From: Abditibacterium sp.
GTDB lineage: Bacteria; Armatimonadota; Abditibacteriia; Abditibacteriales; Abditibacteriaceae
Reading direction: 5' to 3'
Assembly (NCBI GenBank): GCA_965246885.1
Contig: OZ251992.1
Coordinates: 2,016,001-2,080,000 of the forward strand
DNA length: 64,000 nucleotides
Position numbers and translations under genes: made by a program. Position 1 is the first letter of the stretch, and each line of letters begins with the position of its first letter. Shown here piece after piece: positions 31,070 to 39,404 of this stretch. The notes beneath the pieces are model-generated. The model was not told where the DNA came from and ran no database searches. It saw only the letters and a program-made list of their open reading frames with translations.

Positions 31070-31897
31070 ATGCCTCGTTTCTCTCGTTTATGGCCGCTCG
31101 CGTTGGGCGGCGCCGTCTGTTTATCGCTTGTGCTATTACAAAACGCCGCGAGTGGGCGCGGGCGCCTCGACCCCGTCGCGGGCGCGGGCACGGCGCTGCT
31201 TAGCCCGTTACAAAGCGGCCTGAACGGGCTGGGCAGTTACCTGTCCGATGTCGGGCGCGTCATGGCGCGGCGCGACGACTTGGCGAGCGAGAACAACCGG
31301 CTGCGCGCGCGCGTCGCCGACTTGGAAGGCCAAACCGCGCGCTTGTCGCGCTTCCAACGCGAAAACGTCGAACTGCGCGCCCTCCTCAAAATGCCCGCTC
31401 CGCTACCGGGGCGTAACCTCGCCGCCAACGTGGTCGCTGCGACGCGCGGCGACACCGCGCGCCGCCTCACGCTGGGCGCCGGAACGGACGCGGGCGTTTC
31501 GGCCAAAGATGTCGTTTACGCGGCGCAGGGATTGGTCGGGCAGGTCTCGCAAGTCGGGCGCTGGACGTGCGTGGTGACGCCGCTCGTTGACCGCGAAGGC
31601 GGCGCGGGCGCGTTCGACTCGCGCTCCGGCGCGCAGGGGTTGGTCGTCGGCACCGGCACCGACGTTTCCAAAATGCTTTACCTGCCCTTTGACGCGGACG
31701 TGCGTACCGGTGACTTGTTGCTCACGAGCGGCGCCGGAAGCACCGAGGGCGCCATCTACCCGCGCGGTATCGTCGTCGGGCGCGTGTTGAAGATCGAAAA
31801 AGACCGCGCTTACTCCCGCCAAACCGCCTTTGTCGCCCCCGCCATCATCCCCGACAACCTCGGCGCCGTCTGGATTCACACCACCGACGCGCGTTAA
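31070..31897 (+). CDS. mreC: Rod shape-determining protein MreC
   Basis: TM helix, coiled coil (EN..LR..L), GLVG and TSG...YPRGI.VG motifs. Confidence 0.9.
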   Translation: MPRFSRLWPLALGGAVCLSLVLLQNAASGRGRLDPVAGAGTALLSPLQSGLNGLGSYLSDVGRVMARRDDLASENNRLRARVADLEGQTARLSRFQRENVELRALLKMPAPLPGRNLAANVVAATRGDTARRLTLGAGTDAGVSAKDVVYAAQGLVGQVSQVGRWTCVVTPLVDREGGAGAFDSRSGAQGLVVGTGTDVSKMLYLPFDADVRTGDLLLTSGAGSTEGAIYPRGIVVGRVLKIEKDRAYSRQTAFVAPAIIPDNLGAVWIHTTDAR

Positions 31898-32328
31898 ACT
31901 GCGCTCGACAAGTCGAGCGCAGCGCGCAGCGCCAGTTCATAGCTCGTTACCCCAAAGCCCGCAATAGAACCGACGCAGGCGTCAGCGATGACCGAATGGT
32001 GCCGCCACGCTTCGGCGCGCGCGTGGATGTTGGACAGGTGCACCTCAATGACCGGCTTCTTGATCGCAGCAATGGCGTCGCGCAGGGCGTAGGAATAGTG
32101 TGTCAGCGCCCCCGCGTTGAGAACGACGACGTTGGCGTCCGTGCTGTGCAAGGCATCTATGAGCGCGCCCTCGTGATTGGACTGAAGCGTTTCCACTTCG
32201 ACGGCCAAGTCGTCGCCGAGGGTTTGCAAGCGCTCGTTAATAGTGTCGAGCGTCGTCGTGCCGTAGACGGACGGCTCGCGCGTGCCCAGCAAGTTCAGGT
32301 TCGGGCCGTGTAAGATGAGGATTTTCAT
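31894..32328 (-). CDS. aroQ: Type II 3-dehydroquinate dehydratase
   Basis: HGPNLNLLGTREP, QSNHEG and EVHLSN motifs. Confidence 0.96.
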   Translation of the reverse strand: MKILILHGPNLNLLGTREPSVYGTTTLDTINERLQTLGDDLAVEVETLQSNHEGALIDALHSTDANVVVLNAGALTHYSYALRDAIAAIKKPVIEVHLSNIHARAEAWRHHSVIADACVGSIAGFGVTSYELALRAALDLSSAV

Positions 32329-32361
32329 GGGTGTGAGTGTCGTTTGGGCGGCGGTTACACT

Positions 32362-34389
32362 TTACGGGTTGGCGTTCGCCAACCTCCGCAGGCCGCTTTC
32401 CAAGTCGTCCAAGTCGTCGAAGTGGTTGATCGAGCTTTCGCCTTGCCCCGCTTGGATGAGCGCCTGATTCTGCCGTTGCAGTGACCGCGCAAGCGCGCAG
32501 TCGGCGAGGGCACGTTGGACGAGCGGCGCCAAACGCCCGTGCGCCCGCAGTTTCGGCGCAAGCGCGAGCACCGCGCGGGCGAAGTCGAGGTTGACGTCCA
32601 AGTCGCGCCCCAACGCCGGGTATTTGCCATATGGCGCATCCCACTCGCCCAGCACCTGCGCGAAGTCGTCGAAGGCCCGCCGGTCTTTGTGGTCGTATCT
32701 CCAGCGTCCGCGCTCCATGCGCAGCGAGGTGTTGAGCGGGTCGAGCGCGACGGCGCGGTCATACAGTTCGTCCACGCGCTTCACATCCGCGCCAGTCGCA
32801 GCCGTCACCTTTGCCAGCTTCGACGCATAAGCGCGCGGATGCGAGGCGCTGTCCGGCTGGAGAGACATCGCGCGATTAAAGCGCGTTTCCCACGTCGCGC
32901 GGTCATCCATCGGTGTCGCGCGCGCCGCGAAATTCCATACCCGCGCCGAGCCGGGGTCGGTCGTAAGCGCCGCCTCGACTTGCGGAGCGGGCAAGCCCAG
33001 CCTCAGGTTGTGATCGGCGAGGGCGCGCAAATCCTCCCCACCCGCGACCTGCTGCGTGCCATAACCCGCGAGCAGTAGCACTAACGTCGCGCCCAAAAAC
33101 GGCCAGTTCAAGCCGCGCCTCTGAGGTTCGGGCGCCGTCTCCTCGGCTTCGCCGCACAGTGCAAGGGACAGCGACACCACCCCCACTACCGCCAGCACCG
33201 ACCAAGGCGCGTCGAAGAAGCCGTGAACTATGACAGCAGTTAGCGCCGCCAAGCCGCAGGCTCCCATCGCAAACTCCGGTGTTTTGAGCTTGCGCCACCC
33301 CGCCCGCACCGCCAACACGAACGCTCCCACTAAAAGCGCCAGCGAGGGCCAACCGCTTTCCGCCGCTATCTGAAGCCACGACTCGTGCGCCGTGCGCGTG
33401 TAACCGGCCAAGGCATAGCGCGGATAGACCGTCGGAAACGCTCCCGGCCCAAAGCCCGTTAAGGGCCGCGCGTTCGCCATGTGGAGCGTGCTGCGCCACA
33501 GCACGGCGCGGAACTGCGTCGAGTTGTCGTCCGCCCCATGCGCGATGGCCAGCCTCCGCCCCACTGTTTTGACCGCCACCGCCCCGAACACCAGCGCCAC
33601 CACCAGCAAAAGCGGCCACGCCTTGCGCGCCATGCGGCCAAGCGCCTCGCCCCGCGCCCGAAGTAGCGCCGCCAATAGTACCAACCCCCCGACAAGCGCC
33701 GCCGCAAAACCGCCCTTGCTGGACGTCAGCGCGAGGGCTAAGGCCAGCAACGCTCCCGGCCCGCACGCCACAATGACCAAGGCCGCTTTGCCAGTTCGCC
33801 GCCACGCTTCCATCGGCAGAAGCGCGGACAGTAAAAGTGAGGGCGCCAGCATCGCCGCGAACAGGTTCGAGTTCAAAAACGCGACCGTATAGGGAAAGCC
33901 GCCACCCATTTGCCGCGTGTTGTGGCTCGTCACAAAGTCGATCAACGCCCCCGCCGCCGGAACGCACGCGCCCAATACTGCCACGACCGTGATGGCCCGC
34001 AAGTGCCCCCGTAGCGCCCGTAGCGCGAAAAAGAGGAACAGCCCACCCGTCACACGGCCCAATTCCAGCCACGCGTCGTGCGCATACACGCCCGCAAGCA
34101 CCGCCACCAAGTTCCAGCCCAGAAACGCCAACAGAAGCGCGCTGATGCCATCCCAATGCGGCGCCGGCAACGATGAAGCGAGCGCCAAGCACAGCGCCAG
34201 ACCACATAAAAAAAGCAGGGCGAGGGTTTGCGGCCAGTAATTAAAATCGGTGGGTGGGTGGTTGCAAAACTGCGAGGGCGCCAAAAATAAGAACGCCCCG
34301 ACTCCCCACAATGCCAAACGCGCCGGAAACGCGCCCTCCCTTTTGACCGCGACCGCCTGCGCTCTTTGTTCGACCGATGCCCGCAACAT
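32362..34389 (-). CDS. O-antigen ligase (Wzy_C) family protein with C-terminal TPR-like region
   Basis: Many TM helices, LTSSKGG, GFGPGAF and AHESWLQ..AESG motifs. Confidence 0.85.
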   Translation of the reverse strand: MLRASVEQRAQAVAVKREGAFPARLALWGVGAFLFLAPSQFCNHPPTDFNYWPQTLALLFLCGLALCLALASSLPAPHWDGISALLLAFLGWNLVAVLAGVYAHDAWLELGRVTGGLFLFFALRALRGHLRAITVVAVLGACVPAAGALIDFVTSHNTRQMGGGFPYTVAFLNSNLFAAMLAPSLLLSALLPMEAWRRTGKAALVIVACGPGALLALALALTSSKGGFAAALVGGLVLLAALLRARGEALGRMARKAWPLLLVVALVFGAVAVKTVGRRLAIAHGADDNSTQFRAVLWRSTLHMANARPLTGFGPGAFPTVYPRYALAGYTRTAHESWLQIAAESGWPSLALLVGAFVLAVRAGWRKLKTPEFAMGACGLAALTAVIVHGFFDAPWSVLAVVGVVSLSLALCGEAEETAPEPQRRGLNWPFLGATLVLLLAGYGTQQVAGGEDLRALADHNLRLGLPAPQVEAALTTDPGSARVWNFAARATPMDDRATWETRFNRAMSLQPDSASHPRAYASKLAKVTAATGADVKRVDELYDRAVALDPLNTSLRMERGRWRYDHKDRRAFDDFAQVLGEWDAPYGKYPALGRDLDVNLDFARAVLALAPKLRAHGRLAPLVQRALADCALARSLQRQNQALIQAGQGESSINHFDDLDDLESGLRRLANANP

Positions 34390-34413
34390 AGAACACGCAG
34401 TTTATGGCGCCGC

Positions 34414-34539
34414 GACAGACACCCCGCACCGACTCACCGCCATCAGCGACTCGCCGACAGACGTCTGGGATTCTTCGACAGACGTCTGGGATTCTTCGAC
34501 AGACGTCTGGGATTCTTCGACAGACGTCTGTCATCGGCT
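34414..34539. repeat. 21-bp-period repeat array 3
   Basis: Three exact copies of GACAGACGTCTGGGATTCTTC (34456-34518), then the palindrome GACAGACGTCTGTC; another in-register GACAGAC at 34414. Confidence 0.9.
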
Positions 34540-34550
34540 CCCGGAACGAC

Positions 34551-34580
34551 GAAACCGCCCCCCGTGTGGGAGGCGGTTTC
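34551..34580 (-). terminator. Intrinsic terminator of tRNA-Gly
   Basis: GAAACCGCCCCCC-GTGT-GGGAGGCGGTTTC hairpin just 3' of the tRNA. Confidence 0.75.
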
Positions 34581-34592
34581 GCGCCTATGCAA

Positions 34593-34664
34593 AGCGGAAG
34601 ACGGGATTTGAACCCGCGACCCTCAACGTGGGAGGTTGATGCTCTACCCCTGAGCTACTTCCGC
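34593..34664 (-). tRNA. tRNA-Gly (anticodon CCC), no encoded CCA
   Basis: Acceptor stem GCGGAAG/CTTCCGC, D-stem GCTC/GAGC, anticodon arm TCAAC-CTCCCAC-GTTGA, T-loop TTCAAAT. Confidence 0.96.
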
Positions 34665-34674
34665 AAGGCATTAG

Positions 34675-34703
34675 AATTTACTCCTTTGGAGCCATTGCTG
34701 CAA
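34675..34703 (-). promoter_or_regulatory. Sigma70-like promoter of tRNA-Gly
   Basis: TTGCAG-N17-TAAATT ending 10 nt before the tRNA 5' end. Confidence 0.65.
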
Positions 34704-34704
34704 C

Positions 34705-34745
34705 GGGGTAGAGCATCAACCTCCCACGTTGAGGGTCGCGGGTTC
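34705..34745 (+). repeat. Inverted 41-bp exact copy of the tRNA-Gly core (pseudo-tRNA fragment)
   Basis: GGGGTAGAGCATCAACCTCCCACGTTGAGGGTCGCGGGTTC is the exact reverse complement of 34610-34650. Confidence 0.93.
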
Positions 34746-34775
34746 GGGTTCTTTCCGTTGGGCAAACTATCTTCT

Positions 34776-35450
34776 GTGTTTTTCGACCTCTCGCAAATTG
34801 CCGTGCGCGACGCTTATAAGTTGCTTACAGGCGTCGTGGTGCCGCGCCCCATTGCGCTTGTGACTTCGGTTTCGCAAGCGGGCATCGTCAACGCGGCGCC
34901 GTATTCGTTCTTCAACTTACTGGGTTCTGACCCGCCCATAATAGCCATTGGCGTGGGCGACCGCGCGCCGGGGGTGGGCAAAGACACCGCGCGCAACCTC
35001 GAAGCGAGCGGCGAGTTCGTGGTGAACATCGTGGACGAGGCGTTGGCGCAAGCGATGAACGACTGCGCGACCGATTTTCCGCCCGATTGGAGCGAGGTCG
35101 AAGCGCTGGGGCTGGCGGTTTCGGGCGGAAAGACGGGGCAGATCGTGCGCGTTCCGCGCCTGTTGGACGCGCCCGCGAGCTTGGAGTGCCGCCATCATTC
35201 CAGCCTGCAAATCGGGCGCAACCGCATTGTGTTGGGCGAGGTGGTGGGTCTGTGGGTGCGCGACGAGTTCGTGAACCCGGAAAAGTTCCACGTGGCAACA
35301 AAGGAGATGCGCGTCATCGGGCGTGGCGGCGGCGGGAACGAGGGCGGATACTTTCGCTTGCACGACACCTTTACCCTGCCGCGCCAAACCTTCGGGGAAT
35401 GGCAAGCGGAGCATGGCGGCGGAACTTCTGAGGAGCGCGTGTCAAACTAA
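34776..35450 (+). CDS. Flavin reductase-like (DIM6/NTAB) family protein
   Basis: VVPRPIALVTS, NAAPYSFF and KDTARNL..GEFVVN motifs; GTG start at 34776. Confidence 0.9.
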   Translation: MFFDLSQIAVRDAYKLLTGVVVPRPIALVTSVSQAGIVNAAPYSFFNLLGSDPPIIAIGVGDRAPGVGKDTARNLEASGEFVVNIVDEALAQAMNDCATDFPPDWSEVEALGLAVSGGKTGQIVRVPRLLDAPASLECRHHSSLQIGRNRIVLGEVVGLWVRDEFVNPEKFHVATKEMRVIGRGGGGNEGGYFRLHDTFTLPRQTFGEWQAEHGGGTSEERVSN

Positions 35451-35455
35451 GACTT

Positions 35456-36115
35456 ATGCGACGCATCTACACCCTGCCGTTAGCGGCTCTGGTTTTGGCA
35501 CTGGGCATCCAATCGTTTCGCGCCACGCAGAGCGGGCATGGCGGCGCAACCGTGACGGCAGCCCCCGAAACTGCGCCCAAAACGAAAAGCAAGGCGCCGG
35601 ACAAAGAGAAACCCATGTCATTCCTCGACTTTCAAACGCAATCGCTCGATGGTAAACCCGTTGACCTGTCCCAATATAAGGGGCGGGTTCTCCTCGTGGT
35701 GAACACCGCTTCGCAGTGCGGCTTCACCCCGCAATACGCGGGGTTGGAAAAGCTCTACGCGGACAACAAGGACAAGGGGCTGACGATCATCGGCTTTCCG
35801 GCGAACAACTTCGGAGGCCAAGAGCCGGGCAGCAACGAGGAAATTGGCGCGTTTTGCAAGAAGAACTACGGCGTCACCTTTCCAATGATGGCGAAGAGTT
35901 CAGTCAAGGGCGACGACCAGTCACCGATTTTCCACTTCCTGACGCAAGAGGCCAACCCCGACCTGACCGGGGACATCGCGTGGAACTTCGAGAAGTTCCT
36001 CATTTCGCGCGACGGCAAGCTCGTGGCGCGCTGGAAGTCGGGCGTCACCCCCGATGCCGATGAACTGCAAAAAGCCCTAAAAACGGAGCTTGACCGCAAG
36101 CCGGGCGCGAAATGA
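35456..36115 (+). CDS. Glutathione peroxidase family protein (Cys type) with signal peptide
   Basis: VNTASQCGFT, GFPANNFGGQEPG and WNFEKFL motifs. Confidence 0.92.
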   Translation: MRRIYTLPLAALVLALGIQSFRATQSGHGGATVTAAPETAPKTKSKAPDKEKPMSFLDFQTQSLDGKPVDLSQYKGRVLLVVNTASQCGFTPQYAGLEKLYADNKDKGLTIIGFPANNFGGQEPGSNEEIGAFCKKNYGVTFPMMAKSSVKGDDQSPIFHFLTQEANPDLTGDIAWNFEKFLISRDGKLVARWKSGVTPDADELQKALKTELDRKPGAK

Positions 36116-36381
36116 CCATCCACATTCACTACAAGGACATCCAAGAGACCTTCGAGGCGCGCAACGCGGACGAGGCGCTGTCCACCTTCAAAAAGGAAGC
36201 CGCCAAACGCGCTAACTTCGCCATGCGCGTTGCCATCAACACCATGAGCGACCTCAAGTTCGCCGGAGAAGTTGTGTCGCGCGCCAACAAAGCCCGCGAG
36301 AAGAACGACCCCCTGCCCAAGAACGCGCAGGACTTTCTCAAGTGGGCGCAGGAGAACGGCTTTTTAACTCTGGGCGAGTAG
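36112..36381 (+). CDS. Hypothetical protein
   Basis: 89-aa ORF with ATGA overlap and strongly biased codons. Confidence 0.7.
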   Translation: MTIHIHYKDIQETFEARNADEALSTFKKEAAKRANFAMRVAINTMSDLKFAGEVVSRANKAREKNDPLPKNAQDFLKWAQENGFLTLGE

Positions 36382-36411
36382 GAGCGCCCGCATTGGGAAC
36401 GCCGCACCGCC

Positions 36412-37773
36412 ATGTCGGTCGAGAAGCGGCCCATGAACGACGCCCTTTTACCCCCCGAATTTCCCACGCGAACCGATGTGGCCGTGATTGGCGCGGGCGC
36501 GGCGGGACTAATGGCCGCCATTTTCGCGGCGCGGGCGGGCGCGACGGTGCACCTGTTCGACGGCGCCAAGAAAGTCGGGGCGAAAATCCTCGTGTCGGGC
36601 GGCTCGCGTTGCAACGTCACTAACGAGGCGGTTGTGCCAGCGCGCTTTCATGGCGAGGGCGCGCCCGCGTTCGTGTCGCGGGTGTTGCGGGCGTATTCGC
36701 CCGATCAGACGCGGCGCTTCTTCGAGGAGATCGGTGTGCCGCTCAAGTTGGAGCCGACCGGGAAGTTTTTTCCGGTGTCCGATTCATCAAGACAAGTGTT
36801 GGGGGCGCTGTTGCACGCGGCACACCGCGCGGGTGCGGTCTTGCACGCGCAGACGGACGTGTGCGCGCTCACGCGCGCGGAGGAGGGGGACGGTTGGCAA
36901 CTCGAAACTACGCGGGGCGTAGTTTACGCGCGCGCGGTGATTCTGGCGACGGGAGGTTTGGCGCTTCCAAAGAGCGGCTCGAACGGGCGCGGTTATAGTT
37001 TCGCGCGCGCGTTGGGCCACTCGATTATCCAAACGACGCCCGCGCTGTCGCCGCTTCTGGGGCGGGACGCGCATTTCCCGCTCGCGGCGGGCACAACGCT
37101 TCCCGTGCGTTTGCGCTTGCACGCGGGCGCTGACCCGCGCTCCGCGAAGCGGCTGGCCTCGTATGAAGGCTCGTTTCTATTTACCCATCACGGCTTTTCC
37201 GGGCCAGTGGCGCTCAATATCAGCCGCCACTTCGCGCATCACCAGCCGCTTCAGGCGGGCGCGAGCGTGTTCGCCTCGCTTTTGCCGGACGTGGCCGAGG
37301 GCGGAGAAGCGAAGTGGTGGCACGAGTTCGTCGGGAAGTCAAGCAAAAAGGCGCTGGGCAACGCGCTTGAAACGCTGTTTTCGGCGAAGTTAGCGGCGGT
37401 ATTGGCGGCGCGGGCAAACGTGTCTCCGTCGCTTCCGGTTGGGCGCCTCAGCCCTGCGCAGAACGAGGCGCTCCGGCGCGAACTGTTCTGGGCGCCGCTC
37501 GGTGTCTTCGATGTCGCGCCCTATGAGAAGGCCGAAACGACGGCGGGGGGAATTGCGCTTGCGGAGATAGAGCCGTCCACGATGGGAAGCCGGTTGCATC
37601 CGGGCCTTTATTTCGCGGGCGAAGTATGCGATGTGGACGGGGAGTTGGGCGGCTTCAACTTCCAGTGGGCGTGGAGTTCGGGCGTCGTCGCGGGGCGGGC
37701 GGCGGCGCAAGCGCGAACGAGCGCTCACCACTTGGCTTTAAATATGACCCATTCGACGAACTTGGACATATAA
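36412..37773 (+). CDS. HI0933/YhiN family FAD-dependent oxidoreductase
   Basis: GAGAAG, SGGSRCNVTN, LFTH.GFSGP and GGFNFQWAWSSG motifs. Confidence 0.92.
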   Translation: MSVEKRPMNDALLPPEFPTRTDVAVIGAGAAGLMAAIFAARAGATVHLFDGAKKVGAKILVSGGSRCNVTNEAVVPARFHGEGAPAFVSRVLRAYSPDQTRRFFEEIGVPLKLEPTGKFFPVSDSSRQVLGALLHAAHRAGAVLHAQTDVCALTRAEEGDGWQLETTRGVVYARAVILATGGLALPKSGSNGRGYSFARALGHSIIQTTPALSPLLGRDAHFPLAAGTTLPVRLRLHAGADPRSAKRLASYEGSFLFTHHGFSGPVALNISRHFAHHQPLQAGASVFASLLPDVAEGGEAKWWHEFVGKSSKKALGNALETLFSAKLAAVLAARANVSPSLPVGRLSPAQNEALRRELFWAPLGVFDVAPYEKAETTAGGIALAEIEPSTMGSRLHPGLYFAGEVCDVDGELGGFNFQWAWSSGVVAGRAAAQARTSAHHLALNMTHSTNLDI

Positions 37774-39365
37774 ATGAGCAGCACGAAGCCGAGCAAACCG
37801 CCGATCATGTACGAGGAGACCTGCGCGATTTGGTCGGGGGACATCTGGGTGGCCGCCAGTTGGTTTTGCGCGTCCGCCGAGGCTTTGATGGCGTCGGGCG
37901 TGACGCCGTTGGTCGAGAAAGAAAACGCCGCGAAGAGCTTGGTGTAGCCGCTCGTGAACTGAAGGAACAAGCGGTTGTAAAGGGGCCAGATGGCCAGCAT
38001 CGCCACGACGGTGCCGGGTAGCACAAGGGGCGAGATCATGCGGAACTTGTGCGTCTGGTGTTCGAGGTAGATGTAGCACCGCCCGCAAGGGGGCTTTTGC
38101 TGGGACTGCGTGGTGTCCTTGGCTTTGATGACTTCGAGCGGCTCGTTGCGAACGATGCGGCCCACCATCTCGGTATCGCAGTAGCAGCCGCGCCCGAACT
38201 TCCAGCACGTTTGCTTGGCGAGGAACGCGGGGCACAAGACACGGATTGGCTCGCGGCAAAAGGGCAGCTTCCAGCAGGGCGACATCATGTTCGCTTGGCG
38301 GGCGACCTTTTGCTGCTTGGACTCGACCGGGTTACCAAAACCGACGGCGCCGCCCAAGGTTTGTTTGGCCTTGATCTGAGCGGGCAGGTTCCACAGCCAC
38401 TGCGCGACATCCACTAACGCTTTCAGGCCGCCGATAATCAGAAGCCACTTGCCCACGTTGAAGAATTGGCCCGACATCGGCAGAAAGAGTGGGTTGGCGT
38501 CGCCGAGCAGGGCGCGAACGCCGAGCGGCACGGCGAAGTGGAACAAGAGGCCGATGCCCGCAACGGTTGCGCCCAAGCGGTTGTCCTCGTAGGAAAGAAG
38601 CAGCATCGAAGCGGCGAGGGCGAAGGTGCCAAGGGTGAACGCTTTGGTCGCCAGAATGAGGAAGTGAATGAGGTCGGCGCCCTTGGGGTTTTGGGCGATG
38701 TCGGCGGCGTGTCCGAAAAAGACGCCCGCCAAGAGAGTGGCGGCACTGGCGCCCACAACTAAAACGGCGATGCGCGCGACCCATGTGAAAAAGTCGCTTC
38801 CAGCGTCGAGGGCGCGCGAGACGTACGCGCCGTATTCTTGGATGGAGGAGGAAAAATCGTCGGACGGTGTGGCACTTTGGGCGATGGACGCGGCGTCCGG
38901 CTCGGTTAGAACAGGCGTGACCGCTTGGGCGGCGGGGGCGTTCAAGCCTGCGGGTTGCGACGGGTCAGCGCGCGGCGTGGTGGGGCGACCTTGTGCCGGA
39001 CGCATCAGGTTGGGCGGCGCTTTGGGCGCGTTGGCGGGAGCCGGTGCTCCAGTCGCGGGAGTCTGCGGGCGCGTCGCCGGAGTCGCCCCCGCTCCGGCGG
39101 ACGTTTGGCGCGGACGCGCCGACGACGGCGCTTCCGGCGCGGGCGTCGGCGCTCCGGTGGCGGGCGCGGGTGCCGGGGCAGATTTGGCAGGCGCCGCTTG
39201 CGGGGCGGCTGGCTTGGCGGCGCCTTCGTCTTCGAGGAACCACGAGAACTCCTCGGCGGCGGGGGCGCCGGACGGCGCGGGAGCACCCGCCGGAGCTTGG
39301 CCCGACGCGGGCTTTGGTGCGGGCGCGGGCGCTTCGTCGTCGCCTTCGAGCTTGAAAGAGGACAT
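37725..39365 (-). CDS. Membrane protein with Pro/Ala-rich N-terminus and Cys-rich (two-CW-like) domain
   Basis: About 6 TM helices; CWKLPFC..CPAF..CWKFGRGCYC..CGRCYIY. Confidence 0.7.
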   Translation of the reverse strand: MSSFKLEGDDEAPAPAPKPASGQAPAGAPAPSGAPAAEEFSWFLEDEGAAKPAAPQAAPAKSAPAPAPATGAPTPAPEAPSSARPRQTSAGAGATPATRPQTPATGAPAPANAPKAPPNLMRPAQGRPTTPRADPSQPAGLNAPAAQAVTPVLTEPDAASIAQSATPSDDFSSSIQEYGAYVSRALDAGSDFFTWVARIAVLVVGASAATLLAGVFFGHAADIAQNPKGADLIHFLILATKAFTLGTFALAASMLLLSYEDNRLGATVAGIGLLFHFAVPLGVRALLGDANPLFLPMSGQFFNVGKWLLIIGGLKALVDVAQWLWNLPAQIKAKQTLGGAVGFGNPVESKQQKVARQANMMSPCWKLPFCREPIRVLCPAFLAKQTCWKFGRGCYCDTEMVGRIVRNEPLEVIKAKDTTQSQQKPPCGRCYIYLEHQTHKFRMISPLVLPGTVVAMLAIWPLYNRLFLQFTSGYTKLFAAFSFSTNGVTPDAIKASADAQNQLAATQMSPDQIAQVSSYMIGGLLGFVLLIYMSKFVEWVIFKAKW

Positions 39366-39404
39366 AGTTACAACTCCAGTTTGAGAAAACGCCGCGCCTC
39401 ACGC

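Noticed and set aside
34456..34532. CRISPR array interpretation of the 21-bp repeats (all five arrays)
   Set aside because: Units are contiguous with only about 5 variable bp. There are no 30-40 bp unique spacers, no leader and no cas genes.
29305..34760. Integrative element or prophage at either tRNA
   Set aside because: No integrase and no direct repeat of a tRNA 3' end was seen; the flanks are housekeeping genes.
34690..34765. A second functional tRNA-Gly on the plus strand
   Set aside because: It lacks the 5' acceptor and D-stem strand and a paired T-stem; only the 41-bp core is intact.
34404..34775. Long N-terminal extensions in the ORF track (flavin reductase, hom, maf, mreB, yqeY, ybeY)
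   Set aside because: They run through tRNAs, repeats or upstream genes; downstream starts fit family length and the -10 motif.
35456..36115. Selenocysteine in the glutathione peroxidase
   Set aside because: The active-site codon is TGC (Cys) and there is no in-frame TGA.
37725..37773. 49-bp convergent overlap of two genes as a regulatory system
   Set aside because: Most simply a short C-terminal run-on of the oxidoreductase; short convergent overlaps are common in this window.
38900..39365. Pro/Ala-rich low-complexity tract as a DNA repeat
   Set aside because: It is a coding disordered linker with no fixed nucleotide period.
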